Assembly (NCBI GenBank): GCA_026397205.1
Contig: JAPLVH010000006.1
Span: forward strand, 13,392-77,391
Length of the DNA: 64,000 bases
Direction of reading: 5' to 3'
Source: Candidatus Berkelbacteria bacterium
GTDB lineage: Bacteria; Patescibacteriota; UBA1384; XYA2-FULL-43-10; CAINNR01
This document shows, one piece after another, positions 63,140-64,000 of this stretch (position 1 is the stretch's first letter; each line of letters begins with the position of its first letter). The translations under genes and the position numbers were made by a program. The notes under the pieces were generated by a model, which saw only the letters and a program-made list of their open reading frames with translations, was not told where the DNA came from and searched no databases.

Positions 63140-64000
63140 TCAAAAAGTTTCCCGCCGGAAAAAGGACTTTAACTGCTGGCGCTTTCCAAAAAGATAATAT
63201 ATCATCATTGCGGCAAAAAGCAAAGCAAACGACAAAATTATTATCCGGACGACCAACTCTAGCGACGAATGAAATTTGGCGATCGCTAGAATTTGCAAGA
63301 TTTCCGCCAAAGCGAAAAACCAGATAAAACGAAAATTTCTGACCACCAAGAAGTAATTGACCAAAAGATTTATCAGCGAATAAAGCAGAATTGCCAGACC
63401 GATCTCCGGTAGAAGATAAAATAAATTGATATACTGCGCGCCGTACAAAACGCCGATGATTTTCGCCGGCGCCACGGTGTAAGCGCCAAGAATCAAAAAC
63501 GATCCAACCAAAACCATGAGCAAAGAGTAAAAAAAGAGTGGATAGTGTTTGTCGCCACGGGTTTTTTTCTCGGAGATCATTGGAAACATCACCGAGACGA
63601 CCGGCGAGGTTATATATAGTATGATCTTGCCAACAGTCGAAACGGCGGCGTAGATGCCAGCGATGTCCGGTGGAAAATAGTGCTTGACCAAAATGATGTC
63701 AAGATTGATGGCGATCGCCAGAAGAAGCATCGAGCCGAGCGCCGGCCAGGAGTAATTCAAAATTTCTTTTTTATCGAAAGTGAAATTTTTTTCTGTTCGA
63801 TCCTTCTTGATTTTTTTGAAAATCCCCGATATCGGCCAGAAAGTCAAAGCGTATGTTGCCGCTGTGGCTAGGACAATTCCCAAAAGCGCGCCGGAAACCG
63901 CAAGGCCGATTTTTACCAAGATGATACCGAGCGCCAAACGAGCAGCCATTTCAAAAATCCCAACCGCTGATAGGGCGTAAAATTTCTGGGCGCCCTGCAA
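63140..64000 (-). CDS. Polysaccharide biosynthesis flippase (Wzx/MOP-superfamily-like), C-terminal part only; the gene continues beyond the window end
   Basis: Continuous hydrophobic helices, open frame to the window edge, typical O-unit flippase C-terminal half. Confidence 0.45.
   Translation of the reverse strand: MQGAQKFYALSAVGIFEMAARLALGIILVKIGLAVSGALLGIVLATAATYALTFWPISGIFKKIKKDRTEKNFTFDKKEILNYSWPALGSMLLLAIAINLDIILVKHYFPPDIAGIYAAVSTVGKIILYITSPVVSVMFPMISEKKTRGDKHYPLFFYSLLMVLVGSFLILGAYTVAPAKIIGVLYGAQYINLFYLLPEIGLAILLYSLINLLVNYFLVVRNFRFIWFFALAEILQILAIAKFHSSLELVVRIIILSFALLFAAMMIYYLFGKRQQLKSFFRRETF

Noticed and set aside
29498-64000. Prophage or integrative element explanation for the accessory-looking island
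   Set aside because: There are no integrase, recombinase, capsid, terminase or tRNA attachment-site features. The content is entirely glycan biosynthesis, plus a hicAB pair.

Overview
This 64 kb window looks like a bacterial genome with a small-genome, possibly CPR/Patescibacteria-like gene repertoire; that lineage guess is an inference, not something the sequence proves. I found no rRNA, tRNA or CRISPR array.

The first half (1-29.3 kb) is a housekeeping block. It carries the cell-shape operon mreB-mreC-mreD followed by mrdA (PBP2), then greA, mnmA, a PIG-L deacetylase, iscU and iscS, a Phd/YefM-like antitoxin, tatD, a GHKL-ATPase/STAS partner-switch pair, metG, rsmI, an Nramp-like transporter, ksgA, a G5/3D cell-wall protein and a UvrD/PcrA helicase. 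It ends with a surface-protein locus: a TPR protein, a dockerin-bearing secreted protein, a four-helix-bundle (23S-IVS/Avd-type) protein, and a 415-aa S/T/A-rich anchored surface protein.

From about 29.5 kb to the end, almost every gene lies on the minus strand in one ~34 kb glycan-biosynthesis island:
- six GT2 and two GT4 glycosyltransferases;
- several large GT-C-like membrane proteins, including a 1145-aa PMT/ArnT-like protein with two GT-C modules;
- five SAM-methyltransferase genes or domains;
- a DegT aminotransferase, a UbiA prenyltransferase and an SDR epimerase;
- a GT2+UXS-like dehydratase fusion and a GT4+methyltransferase fusion;
- a UPF0104+PHP fusion, a B12-binding radical SAM protein and a partial Wzx-like flippase;
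- an embedded hicAB toxin-antitoxin pair.

The most unusual signal is at the nucleotide level. The window is peppered with modular mini-elements built from tandem heptamer arrays, mainly (TGATTTT/AAAATCA)n, plus (GTTTGTA)n, (TGTAAGC)n, (CCGACTG)n and (TTCTAAA)n. In complete copies these arrays flank a conserved hairpin core, TTGGTCGGCACTCCGTGCCGGGATTT. About ten partial copies sit in frame inside conserved genes (mnmA, iscS, iscU, rsmI, ksgA, uvrD, the rSAM and the PHP-fusion gene), adding KSKIKNQND-like peptide loops; one forms the linker of a two-domain fusion. Full copies lie in intergenic gaps and appear to supply at least one promoter.

Three further recurring motifs stand out. A 15-bp palindrome, CTTAAGTGACTTAAG, sits immediately upstream of start codons at operon junctions that lack a Shine-Dalgarno sequence. 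A long nested palindromic repeat, GTCATTGCGAG...CTCGCAATGAC, occurs in three copies. A small gene cassette is flanked by inverted 9-mer arrays.
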